From the NCBI GenBank assembly GCA_022813965.1, contig JALDZS010000059.1:1-64000 (forward strand): a stretch of 64,000 nucleotides of DNA, given 5' to 3'. Of this stretch, positions 27,071 to 40,673 are shown in pieces (the first letter of the stretch is position 1; every line of letters begins with the position of its first letter). The DNA comes from Toensbergia leucococca. Taxonomy: Eukaryota. A program made the translations under genes and the position numbers. The notes below the pieces were generated by a model. It was not told where the DNA came from and made no database searches. It saw nothing but the letters and a program-made list of their open reading frames with translations.

Positions 27071-28300
27071 ATGAGCCTTGCCCTACGTGTCCCGTCACGA
27101 GGCATCTTGCAACGTTTGAGCTGGTATTTCTGCACCAGAGGCACCCCGACTCTGTTTGGGTATTAACGCATCCTCTTTTTCAGCCATGTGCGCCAACGCC
27201 AATGCCAATACCAATGCCAAGCGCCTCTGCGATCTTTGGCATCCTTACCTGATCCGAAAAGTAGAACGTGTGTCAACCCCCTTGCAAGCGGTCTTGCCAT
27301 CTACCACTATCCCCTCCTCTATCCCCTCCTCACCTAACAATCTTAGTCTCAACGCCCTGCTACACTCTTCCCACTCTCCATTTCTAATGGCTGGTACAGT
27401 CCCTCTCCATTCCCGCCCAAGCCCCGCCTTCTCCCGCTCCACGAAAACATCTACACCGTCCCCAATATCCTTACTCTTACACGACTGATCTCTGGACCCA
27501 TCCTCGGCTATCTCGTCCTCCATGACCACCATGCCTGGGCCCTCGGCCTTTTCGCATATGCCGGCATCACTGATCTAGTGGACGGCTGGATCGCGCGCAA
27601 ATGGCATCTGCAGACAGTAGTTGGCACCGTCATTGACCCCATGGCTGACAAGGCCCTGATGACGGTGTTGACCGTGTGTCTGGCTGTCAAAGGTGCACTA
27701 CCAGGTATCTCAGTCCCTTCTCTTCAATCCTAAGCCATCGTCACAGCAATATCCTTCTCCCCCCACATCTTTTCAAAATCTAGCGCATATTCAGCCTGCG
27801 CATGGCTTTCCTCTAATCATTTCCACAAATCTACAGTACCTCTCGCCATCCTTATCCTGGGCCGTGATATTGGCCTCGGTATCGCCGCAATCTACTACCG
27901 TTACATCTCGCTCCCTCCTCCCAAAACCTTTTCACGCTACTGGGATTTCTCCCTTCCAAGTGCAGAGGTGCATCCGACTGGCATCAGCAAAGTAAACACG
28001 GCGCTGCAGCTTGCCTTGATCGGATGGACGATGGGAATGCCATTGTTAGCGGGAAGAGGGATGGAAGTTTTGGCGGGACAAGGGCTGTTGGGCATGCAGT
28101 GAGTCCATCTAAAGAGTCAATGCTATTCCTCGCCCTTTCAGTTTTATTTATTTGATTTCTCAGAAGCGAATTAATTTGTCGTTTTTAGGTATCTGGTTGC
28201 TACTACGACCGTATGGAGCGGCGCTAGTTATGTATATTCTAAAGATGCCGTGAAGATTCTGAGGCCAGAGGAGCCAGCTAGAAATGGAGGCAAAGAGTAA
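27071..28300 (+). CDS. CRD1: Cardiolipin synthase (CDP-alcohol phosphatidyltransferase), about 5 exons; absent from the ORF track
   Basis: Manual translation gives HENIYTVPNILTLTRL...AGITDLVDGWIARKW...GTVIDPMADKALM, then ILGRDIGL, RYWDFSLPSAEVHPTGISKVNTALQL and TTVWSGASY. Exon phases of the N-terminal presequence are consistent. Confidence 0.92.
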
Positions 28301-29338
28301 GTTTACTGCAGCAGCTGGGGACGAGGGCATGGTTGTACTTGAGAGGTAGCTAGGCGTACGGAGTTTTAGGTGCAGAGGACTAACAAGGCGTGAGCGGAGA
28401 AAAAAGGACGTTGGAAAACAGAAGCAATTTTGCCGTGCACAGATAACCAATCTTTTTTTTTTAAGCACGGACCATGATATCAGTTCCTCCTCAAGGCGCA
28501 GCCTCTGTATCGTTGCCCCACCGTCAATCCGTCCCAGGATCATCATCATCAAACCAGTACCCATAGATCACTCCTCTTCACCCCCTCACAGCTGTTCGGA
28601 TCAGAGGTTCAAACCAATCCCATGCCGCAGCATAGCAACATTGCACCAGAACAGCCTCTCTTTCTCGCGCGCTCTCCTTCTCGCAATATCACACAATGCC
28701 TTTGAACCCGAAAAAGCTCCATGAACAAATACCACGACGAATTCCAAAACACCTTTGACCCTTCCCCAAAGCCAATACCCTCCTTCCCTCCCACGAAATT
28801 TGCCACCCCGCTCCAGCACATCAACCTCATGTCCCAAGCAAGGGCGGAATTGCAGCTTGTGGAATCTGTTTCCCATAGACTTGGATGGGATAACGAACCG
28901 TTGGTGGGGATAAAGTGTTGATTTTGGATACAGGGAACCTGGGAGGCTCTGGAGGGAGGTTTAAGAGGGGGTGTGGGAGTGGGGAAAGGGAAAAGGGAGG
29001 GTGACTAATGAGTTGGCTTTGTAGCTGGTGTTCGCTGATGCTTCTCTCCTTTGTCCTTTTCTCTCCTCACCTTTCCTTCCCTGGCAACAAGAGGCCCCCC
29101 TACCCGTACAAAGAATATTCTTCCCGATACATTCTTTCCCTGACGAGCTTCTTCCAACATCCATACCGTCCGCGTCAATGACTGAGGTCATTGTTGCCTA
29201 GGGTTCTGGGTTTGTTTGCTGATGGTTGAGAGATGGGGAGGACAGATGATGAGAGTGCGTTCTGGTGTATGTGGGTTTGCGGGACGCGGATGCGTTGGTG
29301 CGGTTTAGCGTTGATGAGATAGCCATCCGCCAAACACA

Positions 29339-30515
29339 CTACTCTCCCTCATCCACCTCCTCCTCTCTCTCATACTCATCACCCTCCTCCTCCTTCGCCT
29401 CCCTCTCTCGCTCCCCCTCTCCTTCCCCCTCCCCCTCTCCCTCTCCCGTACCCGCCTCCACAAAACTCAAATGCTTCCAATCCTCAATCTCCTCAATAAT
29501 ACTCCTCAACCGATCCCTCACGCTCTCAACGGCATAACTCCCCAGTAGCAACCGCAACGGCGGGAAACTGCAATGCCCCAGCTGCCATACCAGCTCCGCA
29601 GCTTTTACCGCGCTGGTCGGCTGCCGTTCGCCGAGCCATTGCACCATGCGTTTGGCGTGGCCGGCCGGGGCGGTGGGACCCGCGTAGGGCGAGCTGGCGG
29701 GTTTGATCAAAAAGTGCCCGAAGGTGGGGAGGGGATTTGTTTGGGAGTCGGGCTCGTCGCGGCGCACGTGGCCGGGCTCGACGAGGGTGGCTTTGATGTT
29801 GAAGGCGTCGATTTCGTAGAGCATGCTTTCGATGAGGCCTTCGACGGCGTATTTGGTCGCGCAGTAAGGACCAAGCCCGGGCACTCCAAGCGCTCCGCTC
29901 GTGCTACTGAAGATTAGATACCGGCCCCCTTCCCCGCCTTCTCTTTCTCGGAAATAGCCCAGGCTCAATTGGATGATGTTCAACGTGCCCCAGAAATTCG
30001 TCTCGAACTGGTTCCGGATCTCGTATTCGTCTTGATCTTCACAGGCGCCGATGACGCCGTAGCCAGAGCAGTTGGCAATGATGTCGATGCGGCCCCAGTG
30101 CGCAATGGATTTCTGGATGACTGCGTCGACGGTCTCCCGGACGCGAACGTCGCAGAGGAGGCCGAGGCAGTGCGGTTTGGAAGATGGATCCTGCGGTTGC
30201 CAATTTTGCATGCTGAGAATGGAGTTCTCGAAGGTGCGCCCCACGGCGGTGACGAGGTCGTTGTGGGTCAGGGCGGCTTTGACAACGGAACGGCCCATGT
30301 GGCCTGTTGCGCCGAAGACCTGGGTAGGAGATATATCAGGAGGGCATGCTGCTAGGAGAATTGGGAGTGGAATCTGGGAGAGCAGGACTTACTACCCATA
30401 CTAGCTGCTTGGGTGGGTTTTGGGAGCCTGGCGGATCGCAGCTGGCAGGCAATTGAAGCTTGGGATTTCGCGATGCCGTGGACGGCGACATGGCGGGTTC
30501 GGTCCCGTCTTCCAT
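29339..30515 (-). CDS. Short-chain dehydrogenase/reductase, 2 exons
   Basis: VW/VFGATGHMG cofactor motif, GRIDIIANCSG, catalytic YCATK, LVEPG; acidic low-complexity tail. Confidence 0.9.
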
Positions 30516-30782
30516 AGTGCTATTTTGACTCGATTACCCTGTGCCTTGACGGCAGCAGTGAGGGTCCTCAATTAAACATGGCTTGAAGATGGCTTGAAGA
30601 TAGCTTGAATGAGGACCAAAGTCAGTCGAGCGAGCTGGGACGCTCTGGACTGCGTGGATGACGACTCGTGCGGGTAGCGTCGATCATATGGGGTGGCGTA
30701 AGTTCTGACCAAGACAACAATTCTTTCTCCCTACTCCGTAGATAAGATCATATTCATCAGCCCATAACTAAAAACAGGAAAG

Positions 30783-31471
30783 ATGAAAGCCTACTGGTAC
30801 GACGATAAGCCCGTACGTGCCCTCGTCCCTCATTCAACAGAGCATGCCTTGTCCTGACTTGCCCAGGGTGATCAGCGCTGCCCGCACGACTCCGGCCTCC
30901 CGGTCTCTCCCACCTATCTCTCCAGCCTTGGGGTTCTTCACCACCACTGCCCAACGGTCTCCTCTGTCGATGAAATCGCCGACCAACGCAACTATGCACA
31001 CCGCGACGAGATCACAGTATCCCCGGAGAAAATGGGCGCTATTTACGAAGGCAAAGTGAAGATGTTCTTCAACGAGCATTTACATGAGGATGAGGAAATT
31101 CGATATGTGCTTGAGGGCGCGGGCTATTTCGATGTGAGGGATAAAGATGATGAGCGTTGGGTTCGTGTTAGGTTGGAGAGGGGTGATTTGATGATTCTCC
31201 CCGCAGGGATTTATCATCGTTTTACGACCGATGAGAAGGATGTGAGTTATCTCTTGCTCGCAGCCCCAACCCTTGGGAGTCATTTTTTGTTTTGGAAAAG
31301 GACGATGCAGTCTTAGCGATGCTGACATGGAGCTGATAACCGCAGTATATTAAGGCCATGAGACTGTTCAAAGAAGAGCCAAAATGGACGCCATTGAATC
31401 GTGGGCCGGAGCTGGACGACAACCCATGCAGGAAGGAGTACGTCGAGTACAGAGCTGCTCAAGCTGTCTGA
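30783..31471 (+). CDS. ADI1: Acireductone dioxygenase (methionine salvage), 3 exons
   Basis: [65 protein letters not shown]. Confidence 0.96.
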
Positions 31472-33047
31472 ATGGCATGCCCGGCATGATCTAATCATTT
31501 CGAAGGTTTCCCTCATAAATATGGCATTGTAAAACATGCTCTCGGGCAAATAGGTATTTGATTGTAGCCGTAGTAAATTCCAACCCTATGCGTGCGTGAC
31601 TCAAGCAAGGGATTCGAAATCCGAGTATGTTTCAATAACGCGCAACCCTTGAAAAGTCGCAGCACACCAAGCACTTTGGCTCCAACTCTATCTCAAGCAT
31701 TGCGAGCAAGTGCTGCACATACCTTGAACAGGCTTTCGCCAAGAGTGACCTACTCCAGAGAGGTGGTGGGAACAAGACACAAAGAAAACTCCATTGAAAA
31801 CTCATGATGACTGTCTGCAAGCCCAAGATCCGTCAATTTGGGCCACCGCGCCCCGAGATATGTCACCAGCTATGTCATTTAGTGCATTGAGCATTCAGTC
31901 GAGAAGGACATGATCTGATCCACTTCTTAAGTCATCTCTGTTTGCACAGGCATCTGCTACTAATACATATTTCCATGCCTTTACTCTTGAAGCTACTGAC
32001 AATGTGTTGGAACACCTTTGGAGCTGAAAGAACTTAGTCTACCAGAATAGCTTCTCACGGTATCGAAACGATTTGGGATGGTTTTGTTGAAAAAAACGCG
32101 ATGCTGACAGCGGCACACAGGCAAATGAATTCCAAGTCATTTTCACTGCCGATTATTAAAGGCATTAGGATAGCAAAATGCACCAAATCGATGTCGTTGT
32201 GCTACTTCAAATGAAGCACGAAACAACTCACATTGGTAACCGAAGACACATGCACGACTGATTATCTAGTTGCAGTTCAACATTTGTGGTGGTTTCCGTC
32301 ATCCTGGCCATGCGGTAACGCTTGTCAGTGAGAAATATACAGATTGAAAGGTTGGAAGAATTATATCATCGGTAATTACCTAGATAGGTAGGTAAGAATA
32401 CGGATACAGAAAAAGAAGTTGTCGATAGTCTCCAGAGAGGCGTTTCTTGCGAGAACAAAGCCATGCTGTGTCAAAGAACGCGCGTTGCTAGCAGGCAAAC
32501 GTTACTGATGACCTGTGCGTGGTTTCGTTGTCTTTGGTTCCACAGCTGTTTTTGGGTGAGAAGGCGCGTTCTGGTTCTCCTCAGCCACACTGCAAGCGTA
32601 CTCGTAATCCATCCGAGGACACCGCCACTTCCTTTTATCCCGACACCCTCTACATCTAGGCTCATACATCAATACCACAAGTGCATAGGCCGAGGAGTGG
32701 ACGGGTCTTCAGCTTGACCACATGTAACCTAACCGCCTACCTACATAATTGGTGCCGCATCTTCACTGGCCGAGGACTTGTTCACTGGGCAAGAAAAACC
32801 AGTCACCAAATTCCCTCTTCGACTTTCGTCATTAATCAATGAGCCACAGATAATCCTGGAACTACCTACCTAGTCGTGCTAGTCAATCTATGTGAAGCAG
32901 CCTCGATTGAAATAACTACCACGCTCTTCTCACACTCAGCTCACTTTCAAGCTCACCACCCCACACTACCTATAGTAACATAAAGACTCCCAACTATCCT
33001 AGAAGTCACTATATATCATTACACGATTCTTGCATCTACGATCCGAA

Positions 33048-34529
33048 ATGAAGTCCGCGTCCGTGACCCTACTGGCTGCCTGGCTGCTTATCGCCGGCTC
33101 CAACGCAATCCAGCTTTCAAAGAGAGAAAATCCACCTGTTGTCGGTATTCGTATGCAAAGAAAGACTGTTGAATCTCCATTTGCGCGAGACATCGTACGC
33201 CGTAGCGCCACCACAATATCAGAAACCCTAGACAACGAACAGACGTTATACTTTGCAAATGTTAGCGTGGGCACTCCTGAACAAGCCCTGAGACTGCAGA
33301 TCGATACTGGGAGTAGTGATCTGTGGACCAACGCAGCATCTTCTTCGCTTTGCAAAGCCAAAGGAGATCAGTGTTCCATTTCCGGCACCTACGACGCCAA
33401 CTCGTCCTCAACCTATTCATACGTGTCGAGTGATTTCAACATCTCCTACGTCGACGGATCTGGAGCCGTTGGCGATTATGTCACCGATACCCTTCAATTT
33501 GGTGGTCAGTCGCTGACTGATATGCAATTCGGTGTGGGATACCAATCGGATTCGCCCGAGGGTATCCTTGGTATCGGGTATACCGTAAATGAAGTCCAAG
33601 TCAATCGCAACAACCAGCAAGCATACCCAAATTTGCCCCAGCTACTAGCAAACAAAGGTCTTATCCAGTCCAATGCTTATAGCCTGTGGCTTGACGATCT
33701 GGAAGCCAGCACTGGGTCTGTTCTGTTTGGTGGCGTTGATACCGACAAGTATCATGGATCACTCGCCACACTTCCTATTCAGAAAGAGGAAGGCACATAT
33801 CAGGAATTTATCATTACCCTCACCGCGGTTGGTGTTTCGTTCAATGGGAAGAGCCAATCACTAGGTTCAAGCTCTAATCTCCCAGCTCCCGTGTTGTTGG
33901 ACGCCGGAAGCAGCCTTTCTTATCTTCCCAATGACATCGCAACTGCTTTGTACGCTCAATTCAATGCGCAATTCGATAACCAGGCTCAGGCAGCGTACGT
34001 GGACTGCTCTCTCGCTAACAATGCTTCCACGGTCGACTTTACCTTTTCTTCGCCCATCATCTCAGTTCCCATGAGCGAGCTTGTCATTAACCCTGGACCA
34101 AATCCAGACGGCAGCGCAGCAACGTTCGCCGACGGTACTGCTGCATGTGCCTTTGGAATCTCTCCTGCTGGCGACACGACAGCAGTACTGGGTGATACCT
34201 TTCTTCGAAGTGCATATGTTGTATACGACTTGGCCAACAATGAGATTTCCCTTGCACAGACGAATTTCAATGCCACAGGCAGCAATGTCTCGGCAATCGG
34301 TACGGGTAGCGCTAGCGTTCCAGATGCAACAGGTGTTGCAAATGCTGCTTCAGCAACACAGACCGTGACAGGCGGAGCTAGAATCCATGGACCATCGGGC
34401 ACAGTTACTGTCAGTGGAAGTAGTACGTCGAGCACGTCCACATCGACGGCGAGAGGTGGTGCAGCCGCTACCCAAGTCCCGTATGCTGTTCTGGCTGGTT
34501 TTGCTGGAGCAGCTTTGGTTTTAGCATGA
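33048..34529 (+). CDS. Secreted, probably GPI-anchored yapsin/OpsB-like aspartic endopeptidase
   Basis: Signal peptide, KR/RR pro-sites, IDTGSSDLW, LLDAGSSLSYLP, LGDTFLRSAYVVYDL, Ser/Thr-rich stalk and a hydrophobic C-terminus. Confidence 0.92.
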   Translation: MKSASVTLLAAWLLIAGSNAIQLSKRENPPVVGIRMQRKTVESPFARDIVRRSATTISETLDNEQTLYFANVSVGTPEQALRLQIDTGSSDLWTNAASSSLCKAKGDQCSISGTYDANSSSTYSYVSSDFNISYVDGSGAVGDYVTDTLQFGGQSLTDMQFGVGYQSDSPEGILGIGYTVNEVQVNRNNQQAYPNLPQLLANKGLIQSNAYSLWLDDLEASTGSVLFGGVDTDKYHGSLATLPIQKEEGTYQEFIITLTAVGVSFNGKSQSLGSSSNLPAPVLLDAGSSLSYLPNDIATALYAQFNAQFDNQAQAAYVDCSLANNASTVDFTFSSPIISVPMSELVINPGPNPDGSAATFADGTAACAFGISPAGDTTAVLGDTFLRSAYVVYDLANNEISLAQTNFNATGSNVSAIGTGSASVPDATGVANAASATQTVTGGARIHGPSGTVTVSGSSTSSTSTSTARGGAAATQVPYAVLAGFAGAALVLA

Positions 34530-34848
34530 AGGAGCGTTTCATTTTTTCAAAGTAAGATCAAGGCGGCATTGGTATGGCGTAGGTAAATGGCCTTTCTAGC
34601 GAGCTGTTTTGAGCTGCGCCAATGAAAACTGCAGAATATATTCATTAGCATGACCTTACTCTGTAAAACGCTTCTTGAGTGAAGGTGTGGATTGGACAGT
34701 AAAGTTTGAGGTCTGACACTACATTTCTCTAGGAATAGTGTGGAGTGTGGCATCAATCCTCAGCCCTATGAGTCTGGAGGCGCTAAGTCGCGCCCAGACG
34801 TGACGCCGTACGAGCGCACTCGGTTTGCATTTCAACGGCTGATAGATT

Positions 34849-36077
34849 ATGGCGAGAGCTGAATCTTCTACAAGCGCTGCCCGTAACGGAATCAAAGCGA
34901 ACACAAATGGCAGTGGTGCAGCTTATGACTTACCATGGTATGCGAGAAATACATAGTACTTTCTTCGCCTGACAATGAGTACGCAGGGTCGAAAAATATA
35001 GACCGGTATATCTCGACGACATAGTCGGTAACACTGAGACTATCGAGCGCCTGAAAATTATTGCCAAGGATGGCAATATGCCTCATATTATCATCTCTGG
35101 AATGCCTGGCATTGGCAAGACAACGTCTATTCTGTGTCTTGCGAGGCAGCTTCTGGGGGATGCCTACAAGGAAGCCGTTCTCGAGCTGAATGCTAGTGAT
35201 GAGCGAGGTGAATACGTTGTGTCATACGCTAGTTGTGAGAGCCCACATGCCTAATATTGCTTTCCTAAGGTATCGACGTCGTTCGCAATCGCATCAAAGG
35301 CTTCGCCCAGAAGAAGGTGACCCTTCCACCAGGCCGCCAAAAACTCGTCATCCTCGATGAAGCCGATAGGTAATCTTTTCTTTTCTTTAATTACACTTGA
35401 ACCGAATATTTGCTCATCTACCGCACCCCCACAGCATGACCTCAGGCGCGCAACAAGCCCTCCGCCGCACCATGGAAATCTACTCCAGCACCACCCGCTT
35501 CGCCTTCGCCTGCAACGCCTCCAACAAAATCATCGAGCCCCTACAATCCCGCTGCGCCATCCTCCGCTATGCCCGTCTGACAGACGCCCAAGTCGTCTCC
35601 CGCCTCATGAAAATCTGCGCCGCCGAAAATGTCACCCACTCGGATGACGGTATCGCAGCGCTGGTGTTCAGCGCTGAGGGAGATATGCGGCAAGCTGTCA
35701 ACAATCTGCAGAGCACGTGGGCGGGATTCGGGTTCGTGTCCGGGGAGAATGTGTTCCGGGTGGTGGATTCGCCGCATCCCGTCAAGGTACAGGCGATCAT
35801 CAAGGCGTGTTGGGAAGGAAAGATTGAGAGTGCGTTGGAGGGCTTGTCGGAGCTCTGGGAGTTGGGGTATTCGTGTCATGATATTGTAAGCACGATGTTT
35901 CGGGTTACGAAGACGATTCCGACGCTTAGTGAGCATTCGCGGTTGGAGTTTATTAGGGAAATTGGCTTTTGCCATATGCGGGTGCTGGAAGGAGTGCAGA
36001 CGTTGGTGCAGTTGAGTGGACTTGTGGCGAAGTTGTGTAAGATCAACATGAAGCCGTCCTTGTTTGTGCCGCCCTGA
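34849..36077 (+). CDS. RFC4: Replication factor C small subunit (yeast Rfc4-type), 4 exons
   Basis: YDLPW/VEKYRP, Walker [56 protein letters not shown]. Confidence 0.94.
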
Positions 36078-36231
36078 TGGGAACGGTGGGGTCGGAAGAT
36101 AGTAGTTTTTCGAGCGCTGGCGAAAAGGTGAATTTACATCTGGAATAAAGAACAGGCACCTGGAAAGAAGTGGCGTTGTTCGTTGAGTATCTGATCCTAT
36201 AAATGGAAAACTTCGCCTACAGACATACACA

Positions 36232-37710
36232 TTACTTGCTGCTCCCCGGTCCGAACAGCGCCAACGGCCGTTTCGATTCCGTCAGGGCCCACAAATTGTG
36301 ATAGAAAGCAAATGCTCCGAAAACAAGAACAAGGTAATACGCCACCGTCCAACCGATGCCCAACCTCCCATCCGCCACCCGCAAGCTCCCCTCCCCCTTC
36401 CCATCGTCCTTCCTCCGCACCGCCACCTCCGGCGGCCCAATCAGTGCCCCAGCCTCCACTCGTCCCCACAAGCGCGGCAAGCCGCACCAGTTGCAGAAAC
36501 TGTGCGCTAGCACCACCGCGGGCAGGCTTCCGGTCCTCAGGAATACAAAGGTGGCGTACCAGCCAAAGACGGTGGTGTAGGCGAATTGGATGAGCGAGCG
36601 CAGCAGGGCGGGCACAAGGGGAGTATGCGGGTGAGTGAGGGTGTATTCGTAGAAGTGGTGGATGTGGGCTATGCCGAAGTAGAGGGGGGTGAGGAAGATG
36701 ATGCGGATGGGGGAGAGGTGGCAAAGGAGGTGGAGAGAGGTGAGGAGGGAGCGAAAGACGACTTCTTCGGTTATGGGGCCCTATTTTTGACCCAGAGTTT
36801 TAGACTTAGGGGACATTAGAATGCAGGGGGTGAAGGGTCGCACGGCGATGTAATTACGCCATCCGATCCAACTGCTTAGACTCTCGTGAAGACTTCTGCC
36901 GCGAATCCAATCTCTCCATCGTTCCTCGACAACGCCTTTTTCGAAAATAGGGCCTGCGAATAGGAGTGAGGTTAGGAGGAGTGATTTGGCGATTTCGAAC
37001 ACACCGACGGGGTACCAGCCCAAGAGGCGGAGAGTCTCGAGCGGGGAGGCTTTAGCGGTAGAGGAGATTATGTACGTTGTTGCAAAGGAGGCTAGGGTTA
37101 CGGAGGCAGTGACGAAGCGGATGCGGGCCCGGATGACAGATGGGGCGTCGCGGGAGAGAGTTGGGGAGGGGCGGGTTGTGGGGGAAAGGTAGAAGGGGAG
37201 GACATAAAGCAGGGTGTAGGCGATCTATAGGGAGGATGAGGTGTGAGTGGTGTGAATAATGGATAAGAAGCCTTGATTACAAGATTGGGAGTTGCTGAAT
37301 AGAAATTGGAGAAGAATGGCAACCGAGATTGATTGACATCAAATGTTTAGACAGCCAAGCTGGAAATTTCTCAAATTACGTGCATGGGAAGGCAGAAAAG
37401 GACGGTCAATATTGAAGATGCAGAGAACAACAAGGAATGACTTACTGATAATGCGGCAGCGGTCTTAGCAGAGATTACAGGGAGATCCTTTTCTAAATAC
37501 ATGGTGGATCAGTACAACAACCAAAGAAGCTACTGAAATAGGAAAAGGTCTTGCATGTTGAAGCAAAAGACACGCTCGCAGACAAGAATGTGTTGGCGAT
37601 GCACGATAACAAGGATGCAACGAAGTAGGAGGCAGCCAATTGAGGCTTGACAGACCTTTATCCCCGAGGTAGTAATTCCTTAGGCTTTGTAGGAAGCCAA
37701 TAGGGGCCAT
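36232..37710 (-). CDS. RCE1: CAAX prenyl protease 2 (type II CAAX protease), 4 exons
   Basis: LYVLPFYLS, SRDAPSVIRARI, WRNYIA/GPITEEVVFRS, FGIAHIHH, QFAYTTVFGWY, HSFCNWCGLP. Confidence 0.93.
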
Positions 37711-38060
37711 GTTGATGATAGAAAGAAGAGAGGATGGTATCAACGAAGATGGCTAGCTTTTGACTACCTAGGCCATGATGCTTTCGAACTCGGACATGAA
37801 GGCTCGCTGTCGCGATCGCGGCTTTTCACTAGAATGGTCAATGCGGTTACGAGTTTTCATCCTAGGTGCGACACCACGAGGTGGCCTTGAATGAGAGCAA
37901 GTAAATATCTAACCACATTGGGACCGAGTCACTAAAGGCTGGGAATGACGTAGCCGACTAGAATAATCTGAAATCTCGTGAATCTCCAGAACGCGTCGAG
38001 ATTGATTGATGCTTTGTCGGCGAGCTCTCAACCATAGCCCCAGCGAGTCATGGCTCCTGT

Positions 38061-38135
<75 letters not shown>
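38061..38135. repeat. Perfect (ATC)25 microsatellite in a divergent intergenic region
   Basis: 75 bp of uninterrupted ATC. Confidence 0.98.
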
Positions 38136-38137
<2 letters not shown>

Positions 38138-38532
38138 CTTCGGTCATACAGTCGTGCATGTCCAACCGGCGCCTGTCGCAACAAGAGTCGGCGCCCTCAC
38201 CGCATCGAATCGCTTCCTGAAAGAGGGTCGAGCGTGACACGCGAATTAATCCCGCCCTAATCTCCTATCCCAATCAATCACCACCCATCCTATGCCACAA
38301 ACCCACGTTAATTCCCCTTCTTTTTCCTCTTTCTTTTTGTCATGTACATGATGCCCGACACTCCTTAGATGTTCCCAAACTTCACTTCTCTAGTCACTCT
38401 TTTAATAGTCTTTCTTGTTCCTTAATTAATTAAAACCGCCCTCCTACCCCTCACAGTCCTTCCCTATTGTCTTCACAACATCACCGGCATACGACCACTG
38501 GGCGTGATGCAACTTACATATGTCTACTGATA

Positions 38533-40673
38533 ATGACATCTCCTCCACCTTCGACGAGGCCTTCCCCCCCACGACGAGCCTTACATGAACGGTCGGAATC
38601 TCATACCAACGAGAGAGCCTCACCTACTCTCCGCATCATTGGCGACCCTCAAGCACATATATATTCTAGCAGTCCGTTTCCTACACTTCCTTCTCAGATC
38701 CTTTCGCCTAAAGGTGGGAAAAGACAAGGGTTGGTGTTTGACGATGAGGGCGGCGTTTCACATGAGGAAAACCCGACAAGGCAACCTGCGCATGGGGACC
38801 AAGAACAACCGCATATAATAGTGCCCAAGGGCAAAGTAACTGCAGACTTTGGGCGCAGCAATGGATCTGATGTTGAATTATCCCCGACCAATCCTTCTCT
38901 ATCTTCTTCGCCTTTCGCGCGAGAACCGAATCAAACGGTCACATTGGAAAGGCAGACAGATGAGCACTCTGGTGCAATGGATCAAGGCTTTGATGATAGC
39001 GGTCGAAGTTCAGACGAAATCGTACAGCTTCCCAGTGTATCTGACAGCGCCGGCTTAGTAGGCTCGCCCGTTATTGGATTCTACCAAGACGAGATTCGAG
39101 ACCCACAATCTGTGGCTCTCAAAGCCTCCGATGCATCACTTTCATCTACTGGTTCTACCGAAACAGTCATAAAGCACAAGAAACGTAGCTCATACTCAAT
39201 TTTTCCACCTGTCCGTCGACCAACATCGTCAAGCTCCGCTCGTTCTATCTCTGCGCCTTTAAGGCCGACTGGCAAAGAGTCTAGAGACGGCCTTTCCCCG
39301 CTTGCGTCATCGTTCTCGCCATCAGAGGCTCGCCGAATATCTTCCCTCCCCAGTCATGCAAGTCTACAAGCCGCTGTGGACAGTGGTGCGAACATCCAAT
39401 ATCCCGTCATCCGAGCCCCTTCGTATGCAAGATCATGGGCAGAATCTTCCATTGGTGTTCCGAAGCGGTCGGACGACCGCAAAGCTTCAGATAAATGGAA
39501 TCCCCATCTATCCACGGTGCATTCCGAGGCACATCAAAGCAGCAGTAGTAGAAATTCGGCACTTCCCAGCGAAACTTCGTCAATGGCCGTCCATCGCTCT
39601 TCTGATCTCTCGAACCTTCCCGAAATGCCACAACCAGCTTTTGTCCGGCAGAGAGATGCGTCGGGCTCAACAATCCGGGTGGTCAATGGGGGCGAGGATG
39701 ATGTGTCCAATCTGCCATCTCCGTTTTTTCACTCACGTGGTTCGGCATTCTTCAGCGTCCTTTCGAGAGAGACGAATCAAGAACTTGGTAGAAGTCCCCT
39801 GGAGACGGCCCCAGGATCTCGTGGCAATCTTTTTACGAACAGCGTCCCTTCGTGGGCTAGACAGCGAAATAATAAGCAGGAGCAGAAGAAATCAGGATCT
39901 CGTGGTAGCGAAATAGCTGATGAAACGCAAAATGCTCGAGATTCCATGCTCGGTGCTCCGGGCTCTTCTACTGAAGCGTCGGAGAGCCGCCCACAGAGCA
40001 ATCCCTCGGCAGTATCTGATAATTTCTCACTGAGAATTTTTCGTACTCGAAATCGACCTCCTGACATCATCACACAGCGTCAGCATCGCGACTCTATGGC
40101 CATTACGCCGATTACAGCCACCGACGACAATTTAGTAGAGATTGTAGGTCCTCTACGGCGAAAGGTCTCAGACATTTGGTCACCACATCTATGGCATGAC
40201 AAAAGGACGACTCTCAGGAGAAGGAGCATGTTCAAGCCTCCCAGCTTGGACGAACAGGCAGAGGGAAACGCTTTGAATAGAAGAAACACGCAGATTATGC
40301 TCTTCGCTGTTGGATTTTTAGTCCCCTTAGGTATGTGTAGTAATACTCTAACTGCATGACCCGGATTTCTGACTGACTATGCGAATATCAGCATGGATTG
40401 TTGCTGCGCTTCTTCCCCTACCGCCAAAACCGGTACTCAGTACTGATGGCATTACCGGTCGCAACGAGATTGCCCGGGACTTGGAGAAGACCCTTGGCTC
40501 AGTGGATGAGGCACGCTACGAAAACGCCAGATGGTGGCGAAATGTCAACCGTGTAATGTCTGTTGTAGGCCTGGTCGTAATTATCGTCATCGTGAGCCTT
40601 CGAGCTTTGTTCCTAGCATGATATCGAGCTAACAGAACAGTAGATTGTTCTTGCTGTCATTACCGCTCGATGA
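38533..40673 (+). CDS. Conserved-looking Ser-rich disordered protein with C-terminal TM segments, 3 exons
   Basis: About 600-aa ORF beginning ...PPRRALHERS, with WNPHLSTV and WSPHLWHD; C-terminal FAVGFLVPL/AWIVAALLPLP...YENARWWRNVNRVMSVVG TM region with canonical splice sites. Confidence 0.75.

Noticed and set aside
28721..28921. 66-aa ORF between CRD1 and the SDR gene
   Set aside because: No homology cue, and it lies in a compositionally skewed segment.
35541..36724. Long antisense and alternative-frame ORFs over RFC4 and RCE1
   Set aside because: Shadow ORFs caused by strong C/G codon bias in real genes.
38006..38260. Poly-His and poly-Asp ORFs
   Set aside because: These are translations of the ATC microsatellite.
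38487..38510. CATACGACCA resembling a 5S rRNA 5' end
   Set aside because: Similarity stops after about 10 nt and no internal 5S boxes follow.
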